Assembly (NCBI RefSeq): GCF_006345805.1
Contig: NC_043006.1
Coordinates: 17,174,001 to 17,238,000, forward strand
Source: Octopus sinensis
Taxonomy: Eukaryota
DNA length: 64,000 nucleotides
Reading direction: 5' to 3'
The position numbers were made by a program, and so were the translations under genes. The notes under the pieces are model-generated. The model had not been told where the DNA came from. It worked only from the letters and a program-made list of their open reading frames with translations, and searched no databases. Below, piece after piece: positions 10,711 to 22,697 of this stretch; positions within the stretch are counted from its first letter, which is position 1; every line of letters starts with the position of its first letter.

Positions 10711-12073
10711 TCTTACTAGCCAAGTAAGTTAAAGTACAAAAGGTTTAATCTTTTTTTGTTTCTATTTCTTGAAAAGCACTAGGAAGCTTGTATCATAGGA
10801 CCAGGAGCAACCTGTGGCAGACTGATGTCAGAATGCTTAAGTGTCCTGCCAAAAGACACAATGGAACTCGTAGTTCACAGTTTACACTCTTAGCTGTTTC
10901 ATGACTTGCAATGGATATTAGTGATTTAGTCATTGTAGCTAGGGTGGTACAGATAGCACAGGAAACAGATGGATATAATATCTGGCATCATCCCACTCTA
11001 GGGTCACTAAAATAGTTTCCAGCTAAACCATAAATCCATCTCAGTTTTCTCCATATCCTATCCTTTTTTTATCAAAAGAGGCTTGTGCACCAACAAGAGG
11101 GAAAACAACAACAAAAAATACTTTTAACAATAATAATAATAATAGCAATAATAATAACAATAATAATAAAAAATGGCAGTGCCCCAGCATGGCCACAGCT
11201 TGTGAGCTGAAACTAGATAAAATAAAAAAAAAATTGTTTCAAACATTGGCTCATGGTTATCAATTTTAGGTACTTAATTAGTTGATTATACTGACCTCAG
11301 TACTTTAACTGGTACTTTATTTCATTGACCCCAAAATGGTGAATGGCAAAGGTGACCTTGTTGGTATTTGGGATTTCACCTCACTTCTAGCATCTCAAAA
11401 GTGATGAAACAATTAAAACCAACCACCTCCAGTCTCTCTCTTCCTTCTCTGTACTGCTTCTGTAGAGTCAGATATGCTGCAAACATGCTATCCCTTCATT
11501 ACATCCGAGTGATCATTTACTCGTGAGAACTTTTGAAGGGAATATTGTTGCATTTAACATGAGCTTATTTCACAACAGGGTCTACCAAGATAATTTAAAA
11601 TCTAAGTTTCCTGCATATATGCTCCATTCATCTCCAAATCTGAAGTTTCTTGACAAACCTGTCATTGTATAGTGTGTTCTAATGGGACTTTCTTTCTTCT
11701 CACCCTAAAATTAGGCTGTACCCTTTACACTCTTCCTTTTTTTTACATCAAAGGCCTTGTCACAGTTGCTTCTATTAACAATGTGTTCTTACACAGATGT
11801 TGCTAATTTTAACTCCTTAATTTTCTGCACACATGAAAACCAGTTGTCAAGCGGTGATGGGGGAGCAAATACACTCACATATACACACATATATTTACGA
11901 TGAGCTTCTTTCAGTTTCCATCTACCAAATCCACTCACAAAGCTTTGGTCATCCTAAGGCTATAGTAGAAGACACTTGCCCAAGGTGCCATGAAGTGGGA
12001 CTGAACACGGCACCTTGTGATTGGGAAGCAAACTTCTCACCACAGAGTCACGAGCTGCAAAATTATCATGGAA

Positions 12074-12111
12074 CTGTTACTCAGAGTTTCACATTCCCAT
12101 TTGTTGGACAG
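12074..12111 (-). ncRNA. CpG-decayed hammerhead-like motif (PLE-type repeat)
   Basis: CTGT-CCAACAA-ATGGGAATGT-GAAAC-TCTGA-GT-A-ACAG; helix I CTGT/ACAG is intact, and the core and helix II changes are the type CpG deamination produces. Confidence 0.4.
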
Positions 12112-12664
12112 TTGTGATGAATATTGTACTCACCAGTGTGTGTCTGTGTGTGTGTGTCACTCAGGTATTCTAGCCCTGCCTGTTTTCTTTTTTTCCCCTA
12201 CAGGCACAATTAGCCACCAGCAGTTCAAACTGCTTCTAATCTCAATAGTCTGGGAAGGTTTACTAAGGTTATTAGCACCGTTTCTTCACCAGTCTCTTCT
12301 CCAATTAATAAATTTAACAAAAAAAAAAAAAAAAAAAAAATTACATTTAAACTTTTTTTTTTAAATGCAACATTTGAATAATTACACATATTAAATTATG
12401 AAATGTTTAAATGTGAACAAAGTGGTGTTGCAGTATGAAAATTGAATGGTTGAATGAATAAATAAATAGATTTTCACATAACGACACACTTGCTTTCAAA
12501 ACGGCAATAAATTAGCAAAATTAGTTGTGCACTGAGCGTCAACATAGATTAGCAGAATCAGTGGGTGGTAGATTGGCAAAATTGTCAGAACATTGGGAAA
12601 AGTGCTTTATGCTATTTGTTCTGGCTCTTTACATTCTGAGTTCAAGTCTTGCTGGGGGTCAGCC

Positions 12665-13085
12665 TTACTCTCTTTTACTCTCTCTTTTACTTGTTTCAGT
12701 CATTTGACTGCGGCCATGCTGGAGCACCGCCTTTAGTCGAGCAACTCGACCCCGGGACTTATTCTTTTTGTAAGCCCAGTACTTATTCTATCGGTCTCTT
12801 TTTTGCCGAACCGCTAAGTGACGGGGACGTAAACACACCAGCATCGGTTGTCAAGCAATGCTAGGGGAACAAACACAGACACACAAACACACACACATAC
12901 ATATATATTTATACATATATACGACAGGCTTCTTTCAGTTTCCGTCTACCAAATCCACTCACAAGGCATTGGTCGGCCCGGGGCTATAGCAGAAGACACT
13001 TGCCCAGGATGCCACGCAGTGGGACTGAACCCGGAACCATGCGGTTGGTTAGCAAGCTACTTACCACACAGCCATTCCTGCGCCT
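12665..13085 (-). mobile_element. SINE family A, full length
   Basis: Near-identical to the other family A copies. Confidence 0.85.
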
Positions 13086-13335
13086 ATTATTCTTTTGGGT
13101 TAGATAAAACAAAGTACCAGTACTGGATTCACTGGTATCAAGAAAAAAACCCTCTCCTCAAAATTGCTTGCTTTGTGCCTAAAATTGGAAACTATTATTT
13201 CTTTTGAGTTTCTATGTTCTGAGTTCAAATCCTGCTGAGTTCAATTTTGACTTTCATTTTTCAAGAGTTGATGAAATACATTAGCAGTTACATGCTGGGA
13301 TTGATCTATTTAACTGCTGATTTGTATCAACATAC

Positions 13336-13449
13336 AATTGGCCAGTGTGGCTCAACTGAGCCCAGTTTCTTCCTCAACCATGGGGCCTTGATGTCAGATG
13401 AAATGACACGACAGTCTGAGGTACATGCCATCACATCAATATTATCCAC
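13336..13449 (-). CDS. Candidate 114-nt coding exon, unidentified (VDNIDVMACTSDCRVISSDIKAPWLRKKLGSVEPHWPI)
   Basis: ttacag acceptor, gtatgt donor, phase 0-0; only one of three - frames is open; non-repeat sequence. Confidence 0.3.
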
Positions 13450-13504
13450 CTGTAACAGTCTATTTTACTGCCATAAGAACATGCATACATACACATCGTG
13501 AAAG

Positions 13505-13815
13505 CACATGGCTCAGTGTTTAGAGTGTTGGGCTCACAACCATGCAGTAGTGAGTTCAATTTCTGGACCAGGCTGTGTGTTGTTTTCTTGAGCAAGACAC
13601 TTCACTTCATGTTGCTCCTGTTCACTCAGCTGTAGAAATGAGTTGCGACATCAATGGTGCCATGATGTATTGACCTTTGCCTTTCCCTTGGATAACATCG
13701 GGGTATGCATAGTATGCATGGGCAACTGCTGGTCTTCCATAAACAAATTTTCCTGGTCTTGTGCCTCAGAGTGTAACTTTCTTGGTGCAATCCCATGGTC
13801 ATTATCCTTATCTTT
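13505..13815 (+). mobile_element. tRNA-headed SINE family D (Meta/MESC-like core)
   Basis: GGCTCAGTG..TAGAG head, TTG(T)TTTCTTGAGCAAGACACTT core; copies at 30811, 45759, 53120. Confidence 0.7.
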
Positions 13816-13949
13816 GCATACCCATCCTGTCATTTCTTAACACACTCACTCTCTCTCTAAAGTGGGTCCTTTTAATTTTCTTGGTATCAATCTACCAAAG
13901 ACAGCTTTTGGTTCTGGATATAAACTTTCTATTTTAAAGTGAATCTAAA

Positions 13950-14169
13950 TTAACCCTTTAGCATTTAAACCAGTCACATCCGGCCCAAATATTCTGCCTG
14001 TTCAAGGTGTCTTGATTGAGCCTTTCACACCTGCCCTGCAATGTCATCCTACAAATAATCAGTCACGTCATTGAAATTTCAAAGCTATGAGATAATGCAT
14101 GGTTAATTCAAAACAATGTGAATAAATAGCATTATGTTTGACAGAGAAATGTGAATGCTGAAGGGTTAA
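13950..14169. mobile_element. piggyBac-like MITE (family 2)
   Basis: TTAA-CCCTTTAGCATT...AATGCTGAAGGG-TTAA. Confidence 0.75.
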
Positions 14170-14250
14170 AACCTTCCATCAAAATTTCATGTTAATTTAT
14201 GTTCCAAATCCCGGAATAAATATGAGATAGCTATTTACTAAATTCTTCAT

Positions 14251-14696
14251 TACTTTACTCTTTACTCTTTTACTTGTTTCAGTCATTTGACTGTGGCCAT
14301 GCTAGAGCACTGCCTTTAGTCAAGCAAATCAACCCCAGGCCTAGTACTTATTCTATCAGTCTATTTTGTAAGCCTAGTACTTATTCTATCGGGCTATTTT
14401 GCCAAACCGCTAAGTTATGGGAATGTAAACACACCAGCATCTGTTGTCAAGCGATGTTGGGGGACAAGCACAGACGCACAAACATATATATACACACATA
14501 CATACATACATCCATATATATATATATATATATGATGGGCTTCTTTCAGTTTCTGTCTACCAAATCCACTCACAAGGCTTTGGTCGGCCTGGGGCTATAG
14601 TAGAAGACACTTGCCCAAGGTACCATGCAGTGGGACTGAACCCGGAACCATGTGGTTGGTAAGCAAGCTACTTACCACACAGCCACTCCTGCGCCT
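14251..14696 (-). mobile_element. SINE family A
   Basis: Family consensus match, small internal duplication. Confidence 0.85.
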
Positions 14697-15100
14697 TAAT
14701 GGTCAAAATTATTTAAAATAAAGGTTGTATATTTCAGGAGAAATATGGCAGCAAAAGGTTCTAACACTTTTGATACCAGTCCACCTGCAGCAGCCCCTGG
14801 TTCTATGATTGAGATTTCATGTTTTTCAAGTGATCTAAATTAAAATCTCCTATTCAAATCTCAATTTAATTTAAGATGCAAACACCAGATTAATAATGGT
14901 AAAGGTATCTTAAAAAATATTCTTCAAAATTTTCGAAATAAACTGAAAGGGTAAAAAGGAATAATATCAAATGAATAAAAAAAGTAGTGTTTCCATTCCA
15001 AATGCAATAAATGGTTGCTTTTAACATAAGATGCTGGAATGATTTTGAAGGTGAAGAGGAAAGAGTAATCATTAATACAATTTTGTTTATCCCAAAATAG

Positions 15101-15170
15101 CAATCGAAAATCTATAATATTGAAGAAACTAAAAATGCAAATAGCCCAGCGATAATATCTACATGTGCAG
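15101..15170 (+). CDS. Candidate 70-nt exon (QSKIYNIEETKNANSPAIISTCA)
   Basis: ttttgtttatcccaaaatag acceptor, CAG|gtatat donor, one open frame. Confidence 0.2.
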
Positions 15171-15481
15171 GTATATGTGCACTTGTGTGCATGCATGTAT
15201 TTATCGGTGAAAGAGAAAGAAAAAGAGAGAGATAGGAAGAGAGAGAAGGAGAGGGGCAGAAAAGTAGGAAGTCCATAGAATAATGAACATTATTTTAACT
15301 ATGTTGTTGCCAACTGACCTTAGATGCCTTTGGATCTGATACAGAACTCATCATTATCATTGCTTTAGCATCTACTTTACCGTGCTTGGTTAGCAGGGAG
15401 CTGTCCAGATGCCAACTGTCTGTTGCAGCATGGTTTCTGTGGCTGGATACCCTTCATAATGCCATGTGTGTGTATGTATAT

Positions 15482-15519
<38 letters not shown>

Positions 15520-15574
15520 CATGGCCATCATGGAAAATGGACGTTAAATGATAATGCTGATGATGATAATGATG

Positions 15575-15870
15575 ATCATCATCGTCGTTTAACGTCCGCT
15601 TTCCATGCTAGCATGGGTTGGACGGTTTGACTGGGGTCTGGGAAGCCAGAAGGCTGCACCAGGCTCCAGTCTGATCTGGCAGTGTTTCTACAGCTGGATG
15701 CCCTTCCTAACGCCAACCACTCCGAGAATGTAGTGGGTGCTTTTTATGTGCCACCTGCACAGGTGCTAGATGAGGCTGGCAAATGGCCACGATTGGATGG
15801 TGCCTTTTACATGCCACCGGCACGGAGACCCGTCGGGGCGGGGCTGGCAACGGCCACGTTCGGATGGTTA
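15575..15870 (-). mobile_element. RTE 3'-end fragment
   Basis: Reverse complement of the tail unit. Confidence 0.8.
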
Positions 15871-15914
15871 TATATATATATATAATGTCCATCATGGAAA
15901 ATAGACATCAACAT

Positions 15915-16278
15915 CATCATCATCATCATCGTTTAACGTCCGTTTCCCACGCTAGCACGGGTTGGATGGTTCGACCGGGGTCTGGGAAGCCAGGGGCTAC
16001 ACCAGGCTCCAGTCTGATCTGGCAGAGTTTCTACGGCTGGATGCCCTTCCTAACGCCAACCACTCCGCGAGTGTAGTGGGTGCTTTTTACGTGCCACCTG
16101 CACAGGTGCCCGGGGGGGGGGGTCCGGCATCGGTCACGATCGGTTGGAGCTTTTAACGTGCCAGCAGCACGGAAGCCAGCCAAGGCGGCGCTGGCAACGT
16201 TCGGATGGACTTTTTATGTGTCACCGGCACAGGAGCCAGTCGGGGCGGCGCTGGCATCGGCCACGTTCGGATGGTGAA
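15915..16278 (-). mobile_element. RTE 3'-end fragment with ~68-bp tandem units
   Basis: Tail unit plus GTGCCACC/GGCACGGAAGCCAG repeats. Confidence 0.8.
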
Positions 16279-16299
16279 ATAATAATACTGATGATTATG

Positions 16300-16333
<34 letters not shown>

Positions 16334-16699
16334 TAGGTGTATATCTGCGTGTCTTCATGCATGTGTTCATGTGAGAGATTTCATATTTCTTGTCTTTTCA
16401 TGTGTTCATTAGCTGTAAACAAAAAGCCAACCTCATTCTCAATCTATGTTGTGTTGAATGCTGAAAGCGTATCTGGACTGTGAAATCATTTAATAGATTA
16501 TAAGATGATTACCTTGCTTGGAAACAAGTGAAAGATTCGCAATAAAAAGGGCATCAATCAAACCATGGAAAATCTGTGTTAACAAAGTGTGTCCGACCCA
16601 TGTAAGCATGGAAAAGCAGGCATAAAAACAATGTTGAAAAGAAGGTAAACTATAGAAAATAAGGAAGAACTAATTTGGAATAACTTTCTTGAAATAGTA

Positions 16700-17130
16700 G
16701 ATAAATTACATAATTTAGTATTGAAGGTGGAGCGTAGTGCCTAGGGCTGAAGGGATAGTGGAAAAGTACTAGAACTGCTATTTCTGTTGGCAACAGCAAC
16801 TTTTTTTAACTGTAAGAAAAGTTGATTATATACGACATATTTAAGTAGCACAATGCAATTGTTGCATGTCAGTAGACATGAAGAATCAAAGCAAATGGAG
16901 AAAAATGAGTTGAGTTTTAGCTATTGTTAACTAACGGAAAAAAGGTTAAGTGTTGCCTTAGCGGAGATATCGACTAGTTAACAAAGACATTGTTTGTAAG
17001 AAGAAAATCGATATGTAATAGGAATGGATGATAGATACAGGGTGGAGAAATGCTACAAATTAGTTGTAGGAAGTACCCAGGATGGAGGAAAGACCAAAGT
17101 AGAGTTGGAAGAACATCACTAAGAATGTTT
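16700..17130 (+). pseudogene. Highly decayed RTE ORF2 C-terminal fragment
   Basis: GMDDRYRVEKCYKLVVGST resembles RMDEDRCVRKCQSLAVEGT of the 4180-4581 ORF. Confidence 0.45.
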
Positions 17131-17230
17131 TGTTTCGTAGGATTCACAGATAAAATGTCACATGACTGAGATACAACAAAAGATACGATATTGCAGACCT
17201 ACACATTGGGGTGGTGGTGGTGGAATTGAA

Positions 17231-17262
<32 letters not shown>

Positions 17263-17359
17263 TAACATGGTGTTGGTATGGCTGTGTGGTTAAGAAATTT
17301 GCTTCCCAACATTGTAGTTTGGGTTCAGTCTCACTGCATGGCACACTGGACTAATAGTT

Positions 17360-17595
17360 GTAAGTGTTCCCACTGATAAGGAATTTGACAAATTAGGTAA
17401 ATATAAGGACCTGGAAATTGAAATACAAAAGATGTGGCATCTTAAAGTGAGGACTGTTCCTCTTATTGTGGGTGCCCTGGGTATGATAAGTAAAGGATGT
17501 CAGAAATATTTAGATAATATCCCAGGAGAACCATGTTTTAGAGAAATCAAAAAAGATTGCACTGACAAGTACTATCCATATCCTTAGAAAAACAC
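17360..17595 (+). pseudogene. C-terminal restriction-like endonuclease region of an R4/Dong-type non-LTR element
   Basis: KEFDKLGKYKDLEIEIQKMWHLKVRTVPLIVGALGMISKG, then after a frameshift IALTSTIHILRK; typical RLE K..KY.DL..E...W and VP.VGALG motifs. Confidence 0.75.
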
Positions 17596-17664
17596 CTGGT
17601 AGCTTACTGGTAAAGCACGGTCACTTTCAGAATGATTGTTAGGTAAATAACAAATGAAAGACAG

Positions 17665-17789
17665 AAGATGGACTATACGAGAATATATTATTAATGACAG
17701 CAATTGTTTTGACACATCTAGCATCGACTCTTCTTGTGGGACACACAAAAACTGGTTCAGGAGTATCCAGCGGTGCAGACGTATCTCAG
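17665..17789 (+). CDS. Candidate 125-nt exon (EDGLYENILLMTAIVLTHLASTLLVGHTKTGSGVSSGADVSQ)
   Basis: Open frame with a hydrophobic stretch and CAG|gtgata donor; acceptor lacks a pyrimidine tract; other frames are also open. Confidence 0.2.
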
Positions 17790-17951
17790 GTGATAAATGA
17801 ATAAAAAATCTTGTTAAAATGACTGTTCCATTATGCAACTTTCCGTTTTGTAGAGAGAAAAACAGCCAGATGGAAGAAAATTCTTCATATATATAGAAGA
17901 TCCAAAGATAAAATTGCAGAAGCCAAAAAGAGAAACAAACACTTAATCCAG

Positions 17952-17987
<36 letters not shown>

Positions 17988-18297
17988 TTTTGTCTCCCAC
18001 CGCTATGTCTTGACCACCGATGCTGGTGTGTTTATGTCCTCGTAACTTAATGGTTTGGCAAAAGTGACCAATAGAATGCGTACTAGGCTTGCAAAGAAAA
18101 AGTCCTAGGATCAATGTCTTTGACTAAACATCCTTTAAGGTGGTGCTCCAGTATGGCTGCAGGCAAATGACTGAAACAAGTAAAAGTATGAAAATGTGAA
18201 AGAAAATATATATATATATAATATACATACACACACATATATGTGTGTATATATATATATATATACACACACACATATATGTGTGTATATATATATA

Positions 18298-18809
18298 TCT
18301 ATATATATAAAACTGTAGTTGTGTGAGTGTCTGTCTCCTACGATTTAGATTCCTAACTCCTTCCACATTTTGCGGTGCAGTTTAACCAAATTCGGGTATC
18401 TTATAGTCGTGATTCATATCGAGCCCGTCTGGCTATTAGCGCGCGTCTATGATGAGTCTACGATTTTAAAATAATTTACATCATTTTTTATTCCATTTTA
18501 ATGCATAATTTTCGTGTGTCGATGGCGGCGCGAGTTGGCGCCCCGCTCAAACACCTGCACCTGTGTTTGCTTCTCCCCCTCTTTTTCCTCCCTCGTTGAA
18601 GCTGTGGGGAAGGGAGTTTAAGGAAATCAACGTCGTAATGCGTTGTCAAGGAGACCAGCGTTCTTTGAACAACGACTTCATGGCTTGAAGACACCAAAAC
18701 AGAAATGGCTAAGAAAGCCCGAATTGGCATCTATAAGGAAGTAACTCTCTAAAAATGCTTATATAGTTATTTCCCTTACAAACCCGAGCAACGCCGGGCG
18801 ATACTGCTA

Positions 18810-18810
<1 letters not shown>
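18298..18810 (+). mobile_element. Non-autonomous Helitron
   Basis: 5' A|TCTATATATATAAAA; 3' hairpin CCCGAGCAACGCCGGG, then CTAG|T; no TSD. Confidence 0.85.
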
Positions 18811-18844
<34 letters not shown>

Positions 18845-18847
<3 letters not shown>

Positions 18848-18977
18848 TTAGAGACAAAACCACTATTATGCAAATCAAACAAAGAAATTGTTAAATTTTA
18901 TTTATATAAATTATTTTATGTATTGGCTTAAGTCTTTCTTTGTTTGATTTGCATAATAGTGGTTTTGTCTCTAATTT
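18845..18977. repeat. Perfect 43-bp inverted repeat with 47-nt AT-rich spacer
   Basis: 18845-18887 and 18935-18977 are exact reverse complements. Confidence 0.9.
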
Positions 18978-19083
18978 ATATAATATAATATTTTACTATA
19001 AAATTGGATTCAATCTTAAATCTGATTTTTTCCTTGTAAATTGGATTTATTATTCCTAATATTTATTATTATATATAGATATA

Positions 19084-19184
19084 CTTTATTTAAAGCAGCA
19101 GAAAATTCACAAACCTGTTACTCTGAGTTTCCCGGGGAACTCAGAGTAACAGGTTTTGTTAATTTTCTGCTGCTTTAAATAAAG
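19084..19184. repeat. ~100-bp palindrome derived from the PLE/hammerhead-type repeat
   Basis: CTTTATTTAAAGCAGCAGAAAATT and AACCTGTTACTCTGAGTT arms mirrored around a short CCCGGG centre; related to 23822-23940. Confidence 0.85.
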
Positions 19185-19409
19185 CATATTACTCTACCAC
19201 TGGTATTTGAGTACTCTTTTTTCCACCTTGTTTCACATTTATGTGTTTACTCCGGTATATTTATATATATATAGTAAGAGAGAGAGAGAGAGAGCTTTGA
19301 AATGTAAATAAAGAATACGGACACCCTGCTGTTCCATTTACCATGTCAATTACCGAATAATAAATGAAATAAAGAAATAAACTTCGGAGACAAAACTTGT
19401 TCATTACAG

Positions 19410-19513
19410 CAATTAGAAACCTGGTGTGTAACCTTGAAAAAAAAATGCCTGTTGCAATGGCCAAACAAGATAGCTGTCTTCATAAGAAGACAGACAGCAC
19501 AGCAAGTGTTAGT
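19410..19513 (+). CDS. Candidate 104-nt exon (IRNLVCNLEKKMPVAMAKQDSCLHKKTDSTASVS)
   Basis: ttgttcattacag acceptor, gtatgc donor, open frame, phase 1-0. Confidence 0.2.
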
Positions 19514-19899
19514 GTATGCTTTGTTTGTTTGCTGATGTGATCTTCATGACAATAAAACAATAAATAGCTATCCACTTTCAACATAATGGAAAAAGAATTG
19601 ACCAATCAATTTGCTATAGAAATAATGTTTTTTTTCATTTTTTTTTTTTACATTTGTTTATTCAAGGAATAAGAGAGTACCCTATAGCATTTTAGTAGTT
19701 TCATTTATTATTATTATTATTATTTTTTTTTTGGGTAATTGTATTTATCTTCTTTTAAGGATATTTCTTGACTGGATAGCTTGATGCGATCAGTTTGTTT
19801 GGGATCGTTGCTGGGGAAAAATGTTGCAGAAAGGGATTTGTTGATAAACCCAGGTCAGCCCTGATCAAAGATATTTTATCTGTGAACATCCCATCTTTA

Positions 19900-19906
19900 T
19901 TTGTAT

Positions 19907-19979
<73 letters not shown>

Positions 19980-20060
19980 CGTGTGTGTGTGTGTCTGCAT
20001 GTATATATACGTGTATATATATATTGTGTGTGTGTGTATGTATATATATATATATATATG
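19900..20060. repeat. (TG)n/(TA)n microsatellite
   Basis: Direct reading. Confidence 0.9.
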
Positions 20061-20268
20061 TTCGCCAGCCTCGTCTGGCACCTGTGTCGGTGGCACATAA
20101 AATCACCCACTACACTCTCGGAGTGGTTGGCGTTAGGAAGGGCATCCAGCTGTAGAAACACTGCCAGATCTGACTGGCCTGGTGCAGCCTTCGGGCTTCC
20201 CAGACCCCAGTTGAACTATCCCACCCCATGTTAGCATGAAAGCGGACGTTAAACGATGATGATGATGG
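20060..20268 (+). mobile_element. RTE 3'-end fragment
   Basis: Ends GGACGTTAAACGATGATGATG. Confidence 0.8.
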
Positions 20269-20693
20269 ATATTATATATATAATATATATATATATAATA
20301 TAAATATTATTATTCTAAGTCTCTATAAAGGAGGACTACGGCAGTATATATATAATATATATATATATATGCTTTTACTACAATGGTTTTTGTTAGGTGG
20401 CCTTAATTTTTACTATTCTGTAAATCATAATAATAATATTTTATAAGCAATCATTATGTAATGACTAAAGAAAATAGACTAATAATGGGGCATATAAGCC
20501 CTCAACGGAAAAAGTAGCTTTTCCCATATGCATATATATATGAGCGATAGGACAAACGAAAGAAGGGCACTCAAATTTTTTGGGAGTTACATGTATGGAT
20601 CAAAACAGTTGGATTCAAATTTGTTGATAGACTCCAATGATGACCAATGAATTTGAAAAAAACTGTTTTGATCCACATATATATATGTATATA

Positions 20694-21065
20694 GGTGCAG
20701 GAGTGGCTGTGTGGTAAGTAGCTTGCTTACCAACCCCATGGTTCCGGGTTCAGTCCCACTGTGTGGCACCTTGGGCAAGTGTCTTCTACTATAACCTCGG
20801 GCCGACCAAAGCCTTGTGAGTGGATTTGGTAGACGGAAACTGAAAGAAGCCCACTGTATATATATATATATGTATATATATGTATGTGTGTTTGTGCGTC
20901 TGTGTTTGTCCCCCCCCCAACACCGCTTGGTGTATTTACGTCCCCGTAAGAGACCGATAGAATAAGTACTAGGCTTACAAAGAATAAGTCCTAGGGTCGA
21001 TTTCCTCGACCAAAGGCGGTGCTCCAGCATGGCCGCAGTCAAATGACTGAAACAAGTAAAAGAGT
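20694..21065 (+). mobile_element. SINE family A
   Basis: Family consensus match. Confidence 0.85.
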
Positions 21066-21929
21066 ATATATATATATATATATATATATTATCAGTCATA
21101 TGATGGATAACTTTGGAAGTATACTTTTGTCATCGTGGGTAAACGATCACTATTACTCTTATATATTTATTATATACATAACCATATGTAAATGTGGTGT
21201 CCCAGCAGGGCCACAGCCTCAGGCTGAAGCCAGTAAAACATACAAGATATATAGCATGCTTACAAACACATGGTTATATAAACTTAATGCTTCTTTACCT
21301 CCTCCTACCAACTGATTGTCAAGTCTATCTTTCTACTCAAGCAGTGATGTCTTTATGTGTCTGTCATGGATAGGAGATTGCATGTCTGAGAATGTACTTG
21401 TGTTATGTATTTAGCATCCATCAACTATGTAGTTTTTACCATCTTTACCATTCCCTCACCGCTGCTTGTCAATTTCAGAGTTCCTCTGATTTTAATTTCT
21501 ACTGTTAACTCGCTCTCTCTCTCTCTCTCTTTGTATCTCTGTTTTACTCTCACTCCTCCCCTCTCTATACAATATAAAGCAATGTAAAGTATGGCTGGAG
21601 AATTCAACCGACCAACTGGCTAACCTGACAACCAACATTTCTACTGGCTGTTATTATGTAGGGCTGTATCCGGGATTACATTGGTTAATGTATACTTATT
21701 TACTTAAGATAGCAGTTGGTTGCAGATTCAGCAACTACAGAGAAACTCCTTGCGGTCTGGGTTTTTAGAAATGTCCTATGATCTTATCTGCTTTTCTAAT
21801 CATTGGTAGTACCAGGTTTTGCACTGGGAGAAAAGAAAAATAGTTGTTGATTTACAACAGAAGATTTAGTAGATATAGCAAATATGTTTCATTAGTAAAT
21901 TACTGGAACAGAAGTATATATATATATAT

Positions 21930-22110
21930 AGGGAGAGTTTACGAAAAAAACAAAAGACGAAGACAGGTGGTGTACAAAACAAACAGATGTATTAGTATAA
22001 CGCTCAGGAATAGAAAAAGTCTTTTACGTTTCGAGCCTACGCTCTTCTACAGAAACTGATACAGAAAAAACAAGGAGAGAAAAAAATGTGTGTAGTGGCT
22101 AACGATTTAT
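21930..22110 (-). mobile_element. PLE pseudo-LTR-type repeat with hammerhead-like motif at 22020-22056
   Basis: - strand GTTT-CTGTAGA-A-GAGC-GTAG-GCTC-GAAACGT-A-AAAGA; same family as 44720 and 62340. Confidence 0.6.
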
Positions 22111-22319
22111 CATAGCGACTGACTCAGACAGAAGGTAAACACATGAGAGGGAAAGTAGGGGAGATAACAAAGTAAAGATGACCCCCCCAACACGAAGGTG
22201 CGTGTGTGTATAGGAGAGTATGTATGTGCATGTGAAAGAGGACTGGTGGTCTGGATGTGTGCGTGTATAGCAGAGATACCTGGCATTGTTCGGGATTAAA
22301 ATGGCATAGTTTGTATATA

Positions 22320-22697
22320 CACTACCGTCAGAAATTAATTAGCACCCTTGATTTGCTCTTCACTCAAGGTATGTGCTGTCACCTAGTGGCCATATCTCGA
22401 ACTATTGCTTTGTTGCGAGTTCACTGTTGCGCAGAACGATGACGTAACTTTGTTTGCAGAGCAGTTTGAGAGTCTACAGCCTTATGATGTTGACATAGCA
22501 TGTGCAACACAACTTGGAGTGCGGATGCAGACAAATCTCCTTTGTTAATAGATATAGGTAGCGCCTCGCAAGGACCGAAATCACACCATACTAAGTTTTC
22601 TCATCGCGTAAGACGTTTTGAACAGCTCATAGGTTAATTGATTTAACCTATTTAATGTAGAAATTTGAGAAGTGCTAATTAATTTCTGACGCAAGTG
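22320..22697. mobile_element. Tc1/mariner-type MITE, 378 bp
   Basis: TA|CACTACCGTCAGAAATTAATTAGCAC ... GTGCTAATTAATTTCTGACGCAAGTG|TA: 26-bp TIRs with 2 mismatches, TA TSD. Confidence 0.8.

Noticed and set aside
11480-11700. Possible very old L2/Jockey-type RT trace (GNIVAFNMSLFHNRVYQDNLKSKFPAY)
   Set aside because: Similarity too weak to support without an alignment
17584-18114. 176-aa - strand ORF
   Set aside because: Starts in a SINE and a (TA)n tract, ends in a LINE fragment, and has no recognisable domain; a partial exon cannot be excluded
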